Position numbers and translations under genes: made by a program. A stretch of 36,620 nucleotides of DNA from Hyphochytrium catenoides (Eukaryota > Protista > Hyphochytriomycota). The notes beneath the pieces were generated by a model. That model saw only the letters and a list, made by a program, of their open reading frames with translations, was not told the origin of the DNA and searched no databases. This document shows, piece after piece, positions 33,459 through 36,620 of the stretch (positions within the stretch are counted from its first letter, which is position 1; each line of letters begins with the position of its first letter). The stretch covers positions 1 through 36,620 of the forward strand of contig FLMG01002488.1 in the NCBI GenBank assembly GCA_900088475.1, in the 5' to 3' direction.

Positions 33459-33968
33459 TTGACCTTCCGCAGCGAAGCCATTAAACGATGGGCCCTGGAG
33501 GAGGCGACAACCGCTGACTTCACTATTGTCACCAAGAGGGGCAACAAGCACCAGCTGAGCCAGCCTTTGGTGGGTCTCAAATTTGCGGATCTCACGCTTC
33601 CACGTGGAGACGTCGAAGTTTGGGCCAAGTGTGTTCAGAAGCCCTACAAAGCTTGTGTCAGGTTGGTAACTGGCCCAAGCTCTCTTGCCCACGAGAGTGG
33701 TCTCTCCTTGAGACGCCACCCTCACGACACCATCACAAACATCAAGGGGCATATATATTATATGCACTACAAGATGCCTGTAGACGAGCAGATGCTTTAT
33801 CTGAAAACCCCCAAAGGTAACAGGAGCCTAGAGAATTGTGAGGCCAGTGCCATTGATAATCTGGTGGCACCCTTGATTGAAAAGGGACGGTTTGATCTTC
33901 TTGTTGTGGAGAGGTATGCTGAAGGAGCTGGCGATACCGGCCTTCCTTGTCGGACAGGTCATATCTGA
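33459..33968 (+). CDS. Ubiquitin-like domain ORF, 5' end broken (possible pseudogene)
   Basis: LSLRRHPHDTITNIKGHIYYMHYKMPVDEQMLYL parallels ubiquitin [33 protein letters not shown]. No ATG start; in-frame TAA at 33435; no terminal GG. Confidence 0.6.
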   Translation: MTFRSEAIKRWALEEATTADFTIVTKRGNKHQLSQPLVGLKFADLTLPRGDVEVWAKCVQKPYKACVRLVTGPSSLAHESGLSLRRHPHDTITNIKGHIYYMHYKMPVDEQMLYLKTPKGNRSLENCEASAIDNLVAPLIEKGRFDLLVVERYAEGAGDTGLPCRTGHI

Positions 33969-33979
33969 GCTGCTACGTA

Positions 33980-34900
33980 TGTGTTTCTATTCTAAGTTTG
34001 CTGTAGAGGACAAGCCGGATCGCGTTGAATACATGCGGGATCTGTATAATACGTACGGGATCTGCTAGAGTACCTCTGGACTAAAGGGTTCATGAACGAC
34101 AAGAGTACTCTGTTTTACGCAATCTTATTCTTTGGTCGAAATATGACTGTTGAAGAAGTGTCGAAGTTCCTCGACAGGGAAAGGGATGTTTTACGAGATC
34201 CTTATTTTCTCAGGGACACTCTCTATCTACCACCGTGGATATTAAGGAGTCGCTGAGGAGTTAGCAGATACATATGGGACGCAATAAGGAAGACGGTTTA
34301 ATTGGGGCAGTGGAGTCGCAGAATCTGAAGCTCGTCAGGTTCCCCCATGAAATTATCGGGCTACCCGTCAATAATAGAGCTACGAGTAGAGCCGTGACGG
34401 TTGGATGTATGGATGTACTACATTATCTGGAGGAACGTGGAGGCGTACCCATTCTCGTCTGCTCAGAGAAATCTCACAAACGTTTGTGAAAGATTTTCGT
34501 TGGACTGCGGCAGCGGTAATGGCGGTAACCGTTCAACCAAAGGATATTCAACTAATAACTCGTCGGATCCGCGGCCGAAGCAGAGAGTAGTCTACAAGTA
34601 GTATAAACCAGCCAACGACCTATCTAAACAAGTATTATATAAGATAGGAGGCTTGACAGCTCTGTTGATCATAAGCAGTATGGAGAACATAAGATATGAT
34701 CATAAGTCAAAGGTGGTGGCTGGGCTGGCTCAATCGATAGCGATGCAGAGAATACGATTGCAGGGAGAGGCTTTCTCGTGGTAGCTTCCAGCGAACAAAA
34801 GTTTCTGGAGATTGCTCTATATCTGACCGGTCTCTATGTTTCTATGAAGCCGCCTTACCACCATGAGCCGCAAGTGGGGCGTCGGTCTGCAATACTCGGC
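33980..34900 (+). pseudogene. Ankyrin-like repeat pseudogene
   Basis: LIGAVESQNLKLVRFPHEIIGLPVNNRATSRAVTVGCMDVLHYLEERGG (within 34274-34489) is two ankyrin-like units. Flanking coding-like sequence is broken by stops and frameshifts. Confidence 0.55.
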
Positions 34901-35230
34901 GCCATCTGAGTGACCAGTCCTCTGACAGCGAGAACAACGAACGACTCACCACCTACTATCACTATAACGAATCGCCGAGCCGTATATGGATCGCCTGTGA
35001 TGACCAGGCTTATTCAAAAAAAAAAAACGGTAGCGACGGTACTAAAGTTTCTTTTCTCTCTCCTCTTCTGGAAGAGAAGCGTCTAGCAACATTCTAAAAA
35101 GGAAAGACGGCACCTTCTCCCTTCTATTGCAAGGCTTAGAGTCTCTTCAACTCCTCGCCGCCCATGGAGAAGAGGTCAAACAAAAAAGATGGACCTGCAA
35201 ATAAGAGAGAGGAGTCAAAGCCATCGTCTA

Positions 35231-35299
35231 GTAGCTGAACTAGTAGCTGAGATCAACAAGCTGTCTGCTGTAGCTGAACTAGTAGCTGAGATCAACAAG
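35231..35299. repeat. Perfect 30-bp direct repeat with 9-bp spacer
   Basis: gtagctgaactagtagctgagatcaacaag at 35231-35260 and 35270-35299. Confidence 0.95.
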
Positions 35300-35497
35300 G
35301 ACTACTTTTCAGAAGAGAGAGGAGAGAATACATATTTTCATGTTCTCTTCCTGGTTGTTCAACAGTAATCTACTCCTTCTTATTGCTCTTATAATAGATC
35401 GCTCCTCCAAGAGAAAGAGAGAAGAAAGAGAAAGAAAGATAAGAAAGAATGTCACGCCCGACAGCCGCCCCGAGAGAACGAAGAAGCTTCAAAAATA

Positions 35498-36030
35498 TTG
35501 AAGAAAGTGCGCCTTCAAGGACCAATAATGAAGATTGTTGTATGTGTAGACTCCGCCCGAACTAGGAGTTCTCCCTTTCTACCTCTTTCGTTGTTGGGGC
35601 AGCAAGAGCTACGGACCGACGACCATACGGCCGAGGAGAAAAAAGCGCTCACGACGAGGAGGAGGATGGCCTTCACCTGGACCACCCAGCAGTCCGGATG
35701 TATCATAGTTATTAGTCCTGAGTCTTCTCCTCAATCTGGTGAGCCAACCTCCTTTCACATTAATATCAAGAATAACTATACCCGTTATGAATGACAAGTT
35801 GTATTTAACGGCTCTAGAATCTAAATCAGCATGGTACACCATTGGGCACTGTGAATGCGAATCAAGAGGATGATGCAGATGAGGCTCTATCTACAGTATA
35901 TCGGATAAAACGCTAGAATTTCTGGATATTGCAAAACCTCACGCCTTGTATATAGAATTTGGAGGAGTACACATACCGTGAAACGGTACTGAGAACAGCC
36001 AGAGCGTTCTCCTCCTTGTAAACATCAGTA
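35498..36030 (+). pseudogene. Broken coding-like sequence of unknown family
   Basis: ORF 35498-35794 appears to continue in another frame as IPVMNDKLYLTALESKSAWYTIGHCECESRG*CR*GSIYSISDKTLEFLDIAKPHALYIEFGGVHIP*. Confidence 0.3.
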
Positions 36031-36056
36031 AAAAAAGAAGAGAGAGGGAAAGAAGA

Positions 36057-36139
<83 letters not shown>

Positions 36140-36620
36140 AAGAAAAGAGATAGAACAAGAAAGAGAGGAGAGATAACGATGGGGGGAAAGGAGAAAGATA
36201 GAAGAAGAGAAATAGCAGAAGGAGGTGTCCTCCTAACGCAGCAGGAGAGAGACAAGGAGGGGAGAGTTGAAGACAAAAAAAGAACGAAACGGAAGGAGCC
36301 GCTGCTGTCTTTCTTCTCTTCTCCTTCTGTTCACCCCACCAGACGATTACTTGGAGAATGAAAGAATCAGCACCTGCTACTCTTTCTTTTCCAAAAAGGG
36401 TGCAGCTTCAGCTGCTGGCTTATGCTCTTCTTTCTTGATGTTTCGCTGCAATAAGCAAACAAGAAATGTAAGAATAACGAAAAGCAGCAGCTGTTCCTCT
36501 CATTCGTCGGTCTAAAAGACTCTCTTTCCCTCTGTAATATGAGAATCTGATGCAGTAGATCTCAAGAGGAGAGACTGAAGCAGATCTCAAGAGAGTGAGA
36601 GAGAGAGAAGGTGCTCTGTC

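Noticed and set aside
35231-35299. CRISPR-like 30-bp repeat
   Set aside because: Only two copies, a 9-bp spacer, no cas genes, eukaryotic context.
1-36620. tRNA, rRNA, transposase or reverse transcriptase genes
   Set aside because: No recognisable motifs by eye. tRNAscan-SE, Rfam and TE HMM searches would be needed to exclude degenerate copies.

Overview
Eukaryotic genomic DNA (spliceosomal GT-AG introns, standard code, two N gaps), saturated with (GA)n/(CT)n microsatellites. Most entries in the ORF track are artefacts of these stop-free repeats. The organism cannot be named from the sequence. The core (~15-31 kb) holds five credible genes: a 3-exon atypical SDR lacking the catalytic YxxxK, a bacterial-looking Nudix hydrolase with an ~88-aa E/R/K insert inside the Nudix box, a secreted GlpQ-like glycerophosphodiester phosphodiesterase, a Cys-rich secreted/GPI-type protein, and a spliced gene invisible in the ORF track that joins a bZIP DNA-binding domain to a C-terminal SnoaL/NTF2-like pocket domain. 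This last gene is the best candidate for an undescribed system: a one-component ligand-sensing transcription factor. The flanks (1-14.7 kb, 31.8-36.6 kb) are accessory, decaying DNA: ankyrin-like pseudogenes, tandem BTB-like and ubiquitin-like ORFs, an orphan Cys-rich ORF, a type I membrane protein, local duplications with CpG transitions, a degenerate foldback element and a GAA-tract repeat family. All domain calls come from motif recognition by eye; no searches were run.
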